A stretch of DNA of 64,000 bases from Octopus vulgaris (taxonomy: Eukaryota): NCBI GenBank assembly GCA_951406725.2, contig OX597819.1, positions 88,598,001-88,662,000 on the forward strand, given 5' to 3'. Below, one piece after another: positions 52,020 to 64,000 of this stretch. Position 1 is the stretch's first letter. Each line of letters starts with the position of its first letter. The notes beneath the pieces are model-generated. The model did not search any database, was not told where the DNA came from, and saw only the letters and a program-made list of their open reading frames with translations. The translations under genes and the position numbers were made by a program.

Positions 52020-52908
52020 GACTTTATTGCTTTTGTCTGTTGGAATTTTTTTGTAGTTATTATATAATTAGTTTAATGAGAATATCAGGAATTTTGTATC
52101 ATCTCATGTTTTATCAAAGCTAAGATATTCTGAATAAAATATCAGAAAGGTGCTTTTGAAAAAGGGATTTTGTAACAGTCAGACCATGAACTCCATTTTA
52201 ATATCTTTCCCCAAGTATATGTAAATGGAGAGTTTGCACCAACTCAGAATTGAAACCTCACTGGAATTTCAACTTGTTGAAAGCCAATTTAGAAAGATTC
52301 AGTATTAATGCTTGCAGGAAGGTAGAAAGCTGGCAAAATCATTGCTGCACCAAACATGCTTAGTGATATTTCTTCCAACTTTGTCCTAAGTCCAGATTTG
52401 GTCCTTCATCCTTCCAGGGTTGATAAAATAAGTACCAGTTGGGCACTGCGATTGATGCAGTTGAGTTACTGCCTCCCCCAAAATTACTGGCATTGTGCCA
52501 TAATTTAAAATCAATATTAATGTTCCACAACTATGTAGGTTTGTGATTAGTTCCATTGCATGGCACCTTGGCCAAGTGTCTTCTATTGCAGCACCAGGTT
52601 GACCAGTGCCTTGTGAGTCAATTTCATAGATGGAAACTGTGTGGCAGCCATTTCATGTGTGTGTGTGTGTGTGTGTGTGTACGTGTGTACACATATATAT
52701 ATGTATATTTGAGTAGTTGAATGAATTATCTTATTAAGGATAATTCGAATTAACAGATACCTGGGTAGCAAATTCACATCAGAAAAAAAAAAAGGTTGAA
52801 GTTACGTGCCTAGGGCATAGATTACGTGCTTTCATGTGGAAATTTGTATGTTTATTTTAAAAATATAAATATATGAAAGAATGGAGCTGAACGACGAATT
52901 AACAAAAT

Positions 52909-53003
52909 TCCTTTATTTTCGACATATGTTTCGAAGGCTGCATATTCCTAATTGCGAATGAATAAAGAGTACATTATGCCGCTTTCTCATCAGGAAAGCA
53001 AGG
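52909..53003 (-). ncRNA. Type I hammerhead ribozyme (minus strand)
   Basis: CUGAUGA (52987-52993), long stem II, GAAA (52929-52932), CAUAUG stem III, GUC cleavage triplet (52921-52923). Confidence 0.75.
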
Positions 53004-53040
53004 AACTTATGTCAACATACATTTTGATGTTGACATAAGT

Positions 53041-53152
53041 TCCTTGCTTTTCCTGATGAGAAAGCGGCATAATGTACTCCTTTATAATGTACTCCTTATT
53101 CCTTCGCAATAAGGAATATGCAGCCTTCGAAACATATGTCGAAAATAAAGGA
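53041..53152 (+). ncRNA. Type I hammerhead ribozyme (plus strand)
   Basis: Stem I UCCUUgcUUUUC/GAAAAuaAAGGA, CUGAUGA (53053-53059), stem II GAAAGCGGCAUA/UAUGCAGCCUUC, GAAA (53129-53132), palindromic stem III ACAUAUGU, GUC at 53138-53140. Confidence 0.8.
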
Positions 53153-54568
53153 ATTTTGTTAATTAGTCGTTCAGCTCCATTCTTTCATATATTTATACAT
53201 ACATATATATATATATGTATGTATGTGTGCATGCCTTTGTGTTTGTACCCCACTACCACTGCTTGACAAACAGTGCTACTTCATTTACATCCCTATAATG
53301 TAGCTGTTTGTCAAGAGTTTGATAGAATTAACACCAGACTTTAAAATAAATCAATTTCATTGACTATACCCTTTAAGAATAGCTGCAATCATAAACGATG
53401 ATTTTGATAAAACCTCAGAATAGCTGCAATCAAATGACTGAATGAAATAAAAGACTACTCTGAAAAACCTAAACCTTGTGTATAATACGCACCCCTTCTC
53501 TAACTTGAGTCAAGGAGGTCTATATAACGTCCTTGGTTTGTAAAAATGTATACGGTAACGTCCTTTATTATTACTGTATATATAACAATGCAAACGTGTA
53601 GCATTTTTGTGCATTTTGTTTGCAGAAAATAAAGAAATAACAGTAATAACGTTTAATAAATGTTGCTTACTGCAAGTTATGGATGATCCTTTTATGCCTT
53701 TATTGCTTTCAGGCTTAGCTTAAGGTATTTTCGCGCCCACCATCACAAAATGCGTCGGAATACACCTAGCCAGACATTGCTTAGAAAATAATTTTCATTT
53801 TTAACCTCATATATAGCATGCACTAGGGATTTTGACCTTTAAATTTTGGGAAAAAAATGCAGATTATACTCGAGGATTTACGGTGAAAGAAAGAAAGAAA
53901 TATATAGAAATTGCATTTATGTGTTATTTGCTGATGTATATCAGCAAAAGATGTGAACAATAGTGAGAAAACAGAAAAGGTCTCTTCATATGAAAACAGT
54001 CGAGTTATACCCTCACACACACATATATACTGCACAGGACGTCCTGTTCTCCCAACAAACTTTTTTAAATAGTTTCATCTGACAACCTGATAAAATAAGA
54101 ACTAAAAATAAATTAATAAATATTAGAACAATTAATAAATATTAGATGCTGATCTGAGACCCCCTTCGGTCATGACTGACCATGGGATTGCACCTAGAAA
54201 GTTACCCTCCCAGGCACAAGTCCGGGCAAGGTTGTTTATGGAAGACCAGCAGTCGCCCATGCATACCAGCCTCCCCTCTCCACGCCACCAGTGTTATCCA
54301 AGGGAAAGGCAAAGTCCGATACAGCTTGGCACCTATGACATCGCAACTCATTTCTAGAGCTGAGTGAACTGGAGCAACGTGAAATAAAGTGTCTTGCTCA
54401 AGAACACAACACGCAGCCCAGTCCAGGATTCGAACTCACAACCTCACGATCGTAAGCTCGACGCTCTAACCACTAAGCCATGGGAAACTATTAGAACATT
54501 AATTCATTACTAGCAGAACCCGTAGAAATTCCACGATGTAAGTCAGCATATTTGAAAATACTATTATA

Positions 54569-54998
54569 CAGGGTTATCCAAAAAGAATGAACCAATTTCA
54601 TTACGCATTATTTTAATTAGTTTGAGTTTTCTATTGCTTGTCCTAAGTCGCAAATATTTACTCACAATCTACTTTTATATCCTGTCTTACAAGTGTTCAA
54701 TGTGGCCATCACCTGCAGCACAGGCAACATCAATGTGATAAGAGAATTCCTCCCAGACGCCTTATCAGCATATCACGATCCACTGAGCTGATCACTGTTA
54801 TTGTTTGAGGTGTGGCAGCCATTCAAAACTTAAAAAACTCCACTGCTACCCACTAACGTCAGTGGCCTTAAACATCGAATAACAACAGCAATCAGTTGAT
54901 TGTGAGTAAATACTTGTGACTTAGCTGGAGTTTTCTATTGCTTTTCCTTATTAAAATATTGCATAACGAAATCGGTTTATTCTTTTTGAATAACCCTG
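54569..54998 (-). mobile_element. Tc1/mariner internal-deletion derivative
   Basis: TA|CAGGGTTATCCAAAAAGAAT...ATTCTTTTTGAATAACCCTG|TA; retains transposase C-terminus VWEEFSYHIDVACAAGDGHIEHL* on minus strand. Confidence 0.85.
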
Positions 54999-56053
54999 TA
55001 TATAAGAATAGAATGAGTAATTCAATGAGATATGTTAACAATATAAACTGTGAAGAAGTGCTTTGAAAATAAATCTCCTGCAGATGATTAAAACTTGTAA
55101 CTTTATAATTTAAACAAACGATGTGTTTCAATTTGATTATTTGACCAAATGATATTTGATACTTGGAACAAGCACAAAAATAAGTAGGTACGTTTAGTTG
55201 TCGTGGTAGTAGTAGTTAGTAACAATAAAGGTAACGGTAACTTTGGGTAGTACCAACTAGAAATAGAAGCATATTAGAAAATTAATAAACAATAATTTGG
55301 ATACGGAAAATGAAGTGGTAGAAGATAAGTGTTGCAAGGGAAATAACTCTTCCATCATTTAATAAGTTTATGTGTAAGTGAACTTAAGGCTGAAATCCAA
55401 ATTGTGAGCCCTTACAAATGTTCTGACGAAGGGATGTAATGCCAGAATATGCTAAAAGATGGTGGGAGAGAGGAAACGGTAATCGTTGGTTAAATAGCGT
55501 ACGTAAGTAGAAACGGAGAAGCTTTGGCCATAATTTCCGCCAGCTAGCCAAGTCTCCAGAGAATCCTTGCGCATATTGCAATCTCAGACGACTACCTCTA
55601 CACCAACGAGGACAACTTGCGGCCCGCAGGGCTTTCTGAATGGCTTGCATTACGATGAGTTATTTCTCATGTGGCCCGCTTCACCAAAAATCTTCCGCGT
55701 GCTTGTTCTACACCAACACGGCAGAGAACTGCCCGAATATTTACAGGGAGCGAGCCCTCGCCAAGAAAGACACCAGGGAGGTCATTCCCCGGCCTGATGC
55801 AGCAAAAAGAAGAAACATCGATTACAAAATTGATTTCTTCGCATAAAAACATATTTGCATGAAATAGCAATAAGTAACTTGCACATTGTAGCAACCACAA
55901 GAGATTAGAAACAAAATTCAAACTCAACGTAAAGGTAAAGCTAGATACAGAAATACATTTTAGCTTGATGCTTGTGTAGTTGGCAGTATAGTTTAACATC
56001 AACTACAGTGCGACTGGGCTTGTAACTGTCAATTGATTGCGACATTAATATCT

Positions 56054-56284
56054 ATTTCTTTACTACCCACAAGGGGCTAAACACAGAGAGAACAAAAAAG
56101 GACACACAAACGGATTAAGTCGATTATATCGACCCCAGTGCGTAACTGGTACTTATTTAATCGACCCTGAAAGGATGAAAGGCAAAGTCGACCTCGGCAG
56201 AATTTGAACTCAGAACGTAACGGCAGACGAAATACGGCTACGCATTTCGCCCGGCGTGCTAACGTTTCTGCCAGCTCGCCGCCT
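56054..56284 (-). mobile_element. Young full-length SINE family B
   Basis: Perfect 17-bp TSD TTGCGACATTAATATCT (56037-56053, 56285-56301). Confidence 0.9.
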
Positions 56285-56651
56285 TTGCGACATTAATATC
56301 TTGCACAATGTAGCATTGGCAGAATCGTTAGCAGGCTGGAAAAACGCTTATAGGCATTTTGTCAGTCTTTGCCCTGAGCTCAAAGTCAGGAAAGTGTTGC
56401 AAGGGAAATAACTCTTCCGTTATTTGATAATTTAGTTGACGTGTAAGTGATAAGCTTAAAATACAAAAATATTAAAACATTAATTCATTACTAGCAGAAC
56501 CCGTGGAAATTCCACGATATAAGTCAGCATATTTGAAAATGCTATGTTAATATAATTGGAAAAAAAAAGCAAGGTGGTAAGCTGGCATTCGTTTGCACAT
56601 TGGGAAAAATGCCTGGCGGTATTACGTCCGTCTTTACAGTCAGAGTTCAAA

Positions 56652-57055
56652 CGTCGCTAGGGTTGACCTTACCTTTTATCCTTTCGAGATCGATAAAGTA
56701 CCCGTTGAGTTATCTAGTTGGTTTGGCTGCCAGCAACAATTTCTGTTCGAATTGATTTCATATTCAGTGTAATGAACTCAAGCTGAAGAAAATTCTAACT
56801 GGGCCCCACCTGTACTTAGTTTTTTAATGCTGTCGCGGATAAAAGGTGGTCAGCGTCGCTAGGGTTGACCTTACCTTTTATCCTTTCGAGATCGATAAAG
56901 TACCCGTTGAGTTATCTAGTTGGTTTGGCTGCCAGCATCAATTTCTGTTCGAATTGATTTCATATTCAGTGTAATGAACTCAAGCTGAAGAAAATTCTAA
57001 CTGGGCCCCACCTGTACTTAGTTTTTTAATGCTGTCGCGGATAAAAGGTGGTCAG
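56652..57055. repeat. Tandem duplication, unit 202 bp
   Basis: 56652-56853 repeated at 56854-57055 with one visible substitution. Confidence 0.92.
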
Positions 57056-57541
57056 CTCGGTGGCTGACACACACAGTAATTGAATAGACAACCAGCCACT
57101 TAGCATCGCGTTGTTGTAGTGCTTGAATGGCACTGTAGCGTATCTGATATCCTCACTGTTTGAGAGACACAATAAGAATGATCTCGTTTGAGATTACAAC
57201 CATCTTTGGCTAGTTTGACCCTGTTGTGTCCATTGATCTGATTGGTTGGCATCTAGCACGGTTTGTAAAGGAATAATAGAAAGGGTTGAGATCGATAGAG
57301 AAATTATAGCATGTAAAATGAGTTGGTAGTCTAACTGTCAAGTGAAATTTAATTATAGGAAAGAGTGCCCTAGCGTACTACGTAAAATAAGTATGAAGTT
57401 CAGTATTTGGTTTATAATGTGGAGTGGGGTTAAGTGGTGCTAAGTGATACGTGGGAAGGTTAATGGGAGGTAATAAGAGGTTAAGTAGGTGCTAATAACC
57501 TGTAAAATAGGGATTAGCAATATTTAAAGGATAAATAGGAT

Positions 57542-58200
57542 TTAGCGATTTTTTGAGAATACGAATTGGCCTTTATACAAACAAAAATTATTTTTCTCGT
57601 CTCTTTTATTAAGTAGATGTAATTTGCCCATTAAGATAAATAATTTTTCATTTACACAGAGATTACAGCGATTATTGTTAACATTATATGAGGAAGTTTT
57701 GGCTAGGATACGCCATTCTAAACTATAGTTGATATTTTGTCTTTCAATTCCCAAATGAAACTACTATATCCGGTAGAGTTCGCTTTACTTCTCTTTCTGA
57801 AACTTGATGGATGGGAGTTATATCTAAGTACCATTACATTTTTAGCTGTTCCAATATAAGATTTTTTGTAATTATTTACGAGTACATCGCTTTGGTAGAT
57901 AACGTTTTTAGTTTTACATATATTGCAGAATTCACAATTGTTTTTATCGCTGTAGCCACATAGATTATTAAGCTTATCTGTGCGTATGTTATGTTGAGGG
58001 AGGATATTGTGTATAAGGTAGTTATCTGCGTTATTTGAGGACGAGTTATAAGGGATAACGTTTATTATATCTGTCGATTGATTGCTATGTTTTATGTTGT
58101 TATTTTTCCTAGTTTCATAGAAGGCATCTAGCTTTTTATTGATGATAGAGGCTACGGTAGTAGCTAGGTTGCTAGTTAAGATATGGCCTACTCTAATTTT
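57542..58200 (-). mobile_element. Penelope-like element GIY-YIG endonuclease fragment (Naiad-like), frameshifted
   Basis: NVIYQ...SYIG...LRYNSH.SSFR...FIWELKD, then after a frameshift near 57737 LEWRIL...RCNLCVNEKLFI...LLNKR. Confidence 0.8.
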
Positions 58201-59157
58201 ATTCCTATATATGTATGTGTATGTATGTGTGTGTGTGTGTGTGTACAATAACCTCAGGCCGACCAAAGCCTTCTGAGGGGATTCGTACACGGAAACTGAA
58301 GGAAGACTGTCGTATATATGTGTATATTTGTGGTGCGCGTGCGTTTGTACCCTACCATCGCTTGACAACCGATGTTGCTGTATTTACGATCCAGTAGTAA
58401 GTACTAGGCTTACAAAGAATAAATTCTGAGGTCGATGTCTTCGAGTGAAGGCGGTGCTCCAGCATGATCGCAGTTACATGGTTCTCTTTTTATTCTTTTA
58501 CTTGTTTCAGTCATTTAACTGCGGCCATGCTGGAGCACTGCCTTTAGTCGAGCAAATTATACTACCTGTCTCTTTTGCCGAACCGCTAAGTTACGGGGAC
58601 GCAAACACACCAGCATTGGTTGTTAAGCGATGTTGGGGAGACAAACACTGACACACAAACATATACACACACACACAAACATACACATATATATACATAT
58701 ACGACGAGCTTTTTCCAGTTTCCGTCTACCAAATCCACTCACAAGGCTTTGGTCGGCCCGAGGCTATAGTAGAAGACGCTTGCCCAAGGTGCCACACAGT
58801 GGGACTGAACCCGGGACCATGTGGTTGGTAAGCAACCTATTTACCACACAGCCACAAACAATAAAAAAAAAACTATGCCATTTTAATCTCGAGCAACGCC
58901 AGGTATTTCTGCTAGTATATATATACAAGTTGGTTATTTGGAACATTTGAAGAGAGCTAATTAAGTTTGTAAACTAAATGAGAAAAAGTGCGTAGGAGTA
59001 GAACCTAAGGTATGTATGCATATATATATACATAGGGGCCAGCCAATTATGTCGTTACATTTGTATATGGGTGGAGCCTGTTTCACAAAGCTTGTCACAA
59101 AAAGATAACCACAACTTGTGGATTTCATTTTCGTAAGTGAAAGCGATATCTGTGGAC

Positions 59158-59245
59158 ATGGATTCGTCTCTCCGATACCAGGACAAAGTTGTCATCGTTA
59201 CTGGTGGTGCCCGTGGAATTGGGAAAGGATGTGTTGAAACATTCG
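59158..59245 (+). CDS. HSD17B14: HSD17B14-like copy 2 (tandem paralog), exon 1
   Basis: MDSSLRYQDKVVIVTGGARGIGKGCVETF, same 88-nt length and G|gtaact donor as copy 1. Confidence 0.9.
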
Positions 59246-59294
59246 GTAACTATATCTGTTTTAATTAAATTCCTCCTCCTCATCATCATCATAA

Positions 59295-59295
<1 letters not shown>

Positions 59296-59372
<77 letters not shown>
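59296..59372. repeat. (CT)n microsatellite
   Basis: Directly visible. Confidence 0.95.
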
Positions 59373-59377
<5 letters not shown>

Positions 59378-59673
59378 CTTTCTTATTTCTTTACTGCCTA
59401 CAAGGGGCTACACACAGAGGAGACAAACAAGGACAGACAAATAGATCAAGTCGATTATCTCGATCCTAGTGCGTAACTGATACTTAATTTATCGACCCCG
59501 AAAGGTTGAAAGGCAAAGTCGACCTTGGCGGAATTTGAACTCAGAACGTAACGGCAGACGAAATACGGCTACGCATTTCGCCCGGCGTGCTAACGTTTCT
59601 GCCAGCTCACCGCCTTGGGGCGGAGCCGGGGTAGCCCATATAACCTCTCTGTATCTATCTGTCTATCTATCTG

Positions 59674-59713
<40 letters not shown>

Positions 59714-60434
59714 CCATAAAACTTTAGCGTGCTGAGTTTTGCAAAAATTCGGAAGCTTGGATTTCTCTTCTCTTTAATTGCTCTCTATAGATTTTTTGCT
59801 TGTTTTTGTAAAAACAAGCTGTAAAAACTGTTATGTAAGTTAGTTATATAACAGTTCATTCTAACAAGTACTATTTAATAGTGCATCAACAAGATACCCC
59901 CACCTTGGAACAGTGTCATCAATAAACATTCTACATTTCAACAACTCAATGCTTCGCTTCTGAGAAAGGGAGATAGCTGACACATTACATACATACTCTT
60001 AGCAGTTTGAAAATAGGGAAAACTTTCTGGAGTTCGTTTTTTCTCTACTCTTATTGTTTAGTTTTCTGTGTACAGTTCCCCATGTATTATCCCCAAATAT
60101 GAGCCTGATTACTGCCTTATGAGTTTATATTGAGATAAAAATTATAATTTCATAGATTCTAGTGAGGTGGTAATTGCCTAACCAATTTTTTCTCTTTTGC
60201 TTTTTCTTTAATGCATATCTCAGTTTTTTGGGGGTTTTTTGTTTAAAAAAATGAATACGTCCGAATTTTTTTATAAACACAATGGTTGCTCCTACATTCA
60301 GAATGTTAGGAGAGACTAGGTTGGAAAAAATATTAAGAAACTGTGTTATGAGGTTAGCAGCGTCGTTTAACATCAACTGTGACGGCGCGTGGTTTAGGGG
60401 TTGGGTGAGAATAACGTTAAGAGTACATGTACCT

Positions 60435-60850
60435 ATTTCTTTACTACCCACAAGGGGCTAAACACAGAGAGGATAAACAAGGACACACAAACGGATTAAG
60501 TCGATTATATCGACTCCAGTGCGTAACTGATACTTATTTAATCAACCCCGAAAGGATGAAAGGCAAAGTCGACCTCGGCGGAATTTGAACTCAGAACGTA
60601 GCGGCAGAAGTAATACCTATTTCTTTACTACCCACAAGGGGCTAAACACAGAGAAGACAAATAAGGACACACAAACGAATTAAATCGATTATATCGACTC
60701 CAGTGCGTAACTGATACTTATTTAATCAACCCCGAAAGGATGAAAGGCAAAGTCGACCTCGGCGGAATTTGAACTCACAATGTCACGGCAGACGAAATAC
60801 CGCTAAGCATTTCGCCCGGTGTCCTAACGTTTCTGCCAGCTCGCCGCCTT
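60435..60850 (-). mobile_element. SINE family B dimer with TSD
   Basis: Two units flanked together by AGAGTACATGTACCT/AGAGTACATATACCT. Confidence 0.85.
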
Positions 60851-61348
60851 TTCAGAGTACATATACCTGAGGAGTGCTCAGCCGCTTGCAAGTTAATTTC
60901 ACGAGGAAGCTGTTCTGTTGATCGGACCAACTGGACCCCTCATCGTCGTAGCCAACGGAGAGCCAGTTTAACATCAACTATAGTGTGATTGGACTATTAC
61001 TTGCGAAATGATTGTGGCATTTCATTCATCTTTACGTTCTGAGTTCAAATTCCACCAAGGTCGACTTTGCCTTTCATCCTTTAGGGGTTGATGAAATATA
61101 TACCAGTTGAGTATTGGTGGTGATGTAATTAACTAGCCCTCTCCCACAAAATTTCAGGTCTTGTGCCCATAGTAGAAAGGATATAGGGGAATTAGGATGG
61201 CAGTTTGAAAACCACTTATAGCTCATGTAATTCTGTGTGGGTTTGAGAAAACTTTCAATAGCATTTCTTGAAACGTATTGAGGAGTCTTCCCTTTTTTTT
61301 CACTTTTTTTTTTTGACATCTTTTAACAAAAGCTATTGGTTTTTGTCA

Positions 61349-61798
<450 letters not shown>

Positions 61799-62520
61799 AT
61801 GATAATAATTTGTTATTTGCAAGGTGAACAACAAAAATTCAAATGATGACTTGCAAACTGATTATGGTTATACTTGAAGGCAGTGACCGGGCAGAATTGC
61901 TACTGTGCTGGGCAAAATGCTTAACTGCATTTTATCCATCTTTATGTTCTGAGTTCAAATTCTGTCGAGGTCGATTCTGCCTTTCGACATTTTGGGGTTG
62001 AAAACATAAGTACCAGTTGAGCACTGGGGATTGAAATAATCGACTTACCCCTTTCCCAAATTTGCTGGCCTTGAGCCAAAATCTGAAACCAATATAATAT
62101 ATCTGCTGATGCTTTGTTAGGTGCATGAGTTTGAGTACTTCTGGCTGATGAGACACATGTTGAAACACTGATATCCTAGACTATACTAGAATATATTTGC
62201 CCAAGGTGCCGTTTTGTGGGGCTGAACCCCAAAACCTCACATTTGCAAAGCAAACAACCACACAACCAAAATATAAGGTTTCACATCACCTATACTCAGG
62301 AGGTATAGCAAGATTCTAAAGTTAGGAGTGAGAACATAAAAATAAAGGTGCTTTGACACAGACCAAACAATATTTAATTCATATAAAAGGTGCCAATTTT
62401 GAAAAATGTGTTCAAATGGAACAGTCACTTCCCTTGCTTCCCTATTAGCTATGCCACTACCTGTACTACCAATCGATCACATTTAATGAAATCATTACCA
62501 TTAATCACAAGGGTTCTTTA

Positions 62521-62717
62521 CAGTTCTATATTTATTTAAGAGACGAGGAATTATGAACATTATTTACATTTTTTTACATTTGACGGATATTTGTCCTCAT
62601 CTTGTTTGTTGTTAACACAACATTTTGGCTGATATACCCTCCAGGCTTCATCAGGTGTCTTGGGGAAATCTGGAACCTGGGTTCTCATTCCTAAGGTATT
62701 TTTCAATGTTGTTGTTA

Positions 62718-62763
<46 letters not shown>

Positions 62764-63371
62764 TATTATTATTCGGGTCACTACCTGAAATCAAACTCGA
62801 GACAACAGGGTTGGAAGTTCATGTTGTTGTTATGCCTAGTGTGCCATATATTTGGGGGGTGGGGATGTTGTACTAATGAATGTCTAAAAAAAAAAAAAAG
62901 TTTTTTTTTTTTTTTTTTTTTTTTTAAACCGAAAATTATGTTTGTTTTAAACCTTGAGATTACATAGAGAGTATTTTGCGTAGGATATGAGCAGTTCCCA
63001 TGAGCACAATCTTTTGAACTTCTGCCATTTTTGGGTTTCCTGGTATCTGAGTTAGGTAGCTATCAGCCCCTTTTGCTATCATTCCCAGGGCACCTATGAC
63101 AACAGGTATTGTTTTAGTCTTCAGCTTCCACATTTTGCTGATTTCTATTTCAAGATCTTTATATTTGCTTAGTTTTTGGTAGGTCTTGACAGATACGTTT
63201 ATATCGATTGGGACAGTCATATCAATGAGGAGGCATGTTCTTTGTTTGAAGTCTTTCAATATGATGTCTGGCCTATTTGCATCTATCTTCCTGTCAGTTT
63301 GAATGGTGAAGTTCCAGAGGAGTGAGATGTGGTCATTTTCAAGCACTGGGGGTGGTTTGTGTTCCCACCAG

Positions 63372-63429
<58 letters not shown>

Positions 63430-63712
63430 TATTATTATTCGGGTCACTACCTGAAATCAAACTCGGAATCTTGAGGTTAGTTAAGAGCATGGGTTACTAA
63501 CCCCAAGATTCTGAGTTTGATTCCAGGCAGTGACCTGAATAATAATAATAATAATAATGATGATGATGATAATTACATAGAAAAGTACCTTAGGAATGAA
63601 AACTTAGATTTGAAATTTCCCCAAGACACCTGATAAAGGCTGGAGGGTATATCAGCCAAAATGTTGTGTTAACACCAAACAAGATGAGAACAAATATCCG
63701 TCAAATGTAAAT
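62521..63712. mobile_element. Composite palindromic HHR/PLE-like element with 12-bp TSD
   Basis: TSD AAGGGTTCTTTA (62509-62520, 63713-63724); empty site visible in paralog 1 intron near 19485; inverted arms match 29815-30088. Confidence 0.85.
62799..63375 (-). mobile_element. R4/Dong-clade non-LTR retrotransposon 3' fragment (restriction-like endonuclease)
   Basis: ORF WNFTIQTDRKIDANRPDIILKD...LLIDMTVP...KLSKYKDL...IPVVIGALG with PD..D REL motif; flanked by (TAA)n, the known Dong target type. Confidence 0.85.
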
Positions 63713-63964
63713 AAGGGTTCTTTAGTTTTGCCTGGGTTTCCAACCTGGAAATATATATATATTCCCTGAAGGCTTTTATTCAATTGAAATTATGTTGAAT
63801 GACAGGGAAGTGAAACAAAGTAAACTAGGATACCTTCAAGTCAGGTATTTCAATTAACAAAAAAACTTAATAAACATGGGAAATATTTACTCTAATTATT
63901 AACCATTTTTTTGTTATTTAAGCTAGTATGATATTGTCATAACTTTCTTTTCTTTTTCTTGCAG

Positions 63965-64000
63965 TAAAAAATGGTGCAAAAGTTGCCTTTTGTGACATCC
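63965..64000 (+). CDS. HSD17B14: HSD17B14-like copy 2, exon 2 (truncated by window end)
   Basis: ttgcag|TA; (V)KNGAKVAFCDI, homologous to 20110-20148. Confidence 0.88.

Larger units (their letters stand above)
52864..53196. mobile_element. Palindromic (inverted pLTR-like) element with a hammerhead ribozyme in each arm
   Basis: Arms 52864-53018 and 53027-53196 are reverse complements around an 8-nt spacer ACATTTTG. Confidence 0.85.

Noticed and set aside
53465-53884. pogo/Tigger-like MITE
   Set aside because: Only the right TIR-like end is clear; left end and TSD too degenerate to call.
62960-63490. 176-aa ORF as a host poly-Asn protein
   Set aside because: Fusion of (AAT)n with an R4/Dong endonuclease fragment, antisense inside an intron.

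Overview
Eukaryotic, AT-rich, repeat-dense genomic DNA; the SINE families and microsatellite load strongly suggest an octopus (coleoid cephalopod), which is an inference. The only intact host gene is a 9-exon short-chain dehydrogenase/reductase on the + strand, HSD17B14-like (17-beta-HSD14 / L-fucose dehydrogenase; CDS 14332-51852, 804 nt, 267 aa, all introns GT-AG and phase-consistent). Exons 1-2 of a tandem paralog follow at 59158 and 63965 and run off the window. Almost everything else is transposon-derived: tRNA-derived SINEs, RTE, R4/Dong and L1/Tx1-like LINE fragments, Penelope-like element (PLE) fragments, a solo LTR, Helitrons, Tc1/mariner and piggyBac derivatives, and several GG...CC MITEs with 8-bp TSDs. 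The most interesting signal is a set of at least three unrelated families of small hammerhead-ribozyme (HHR) bearing elements. These are a 143-bp TSD-flanked element whose HHR has a natural G3-C8 compensatory core swap (43065-43207), a palindrome with an intact HHR core on each strand about 1 kb past the poly(A) signal (52864-53196), and TSD-flanked palindromic HHR elements in the introns of both paralogs. Most ORFs in the supplied track are spurious translations of repeats.
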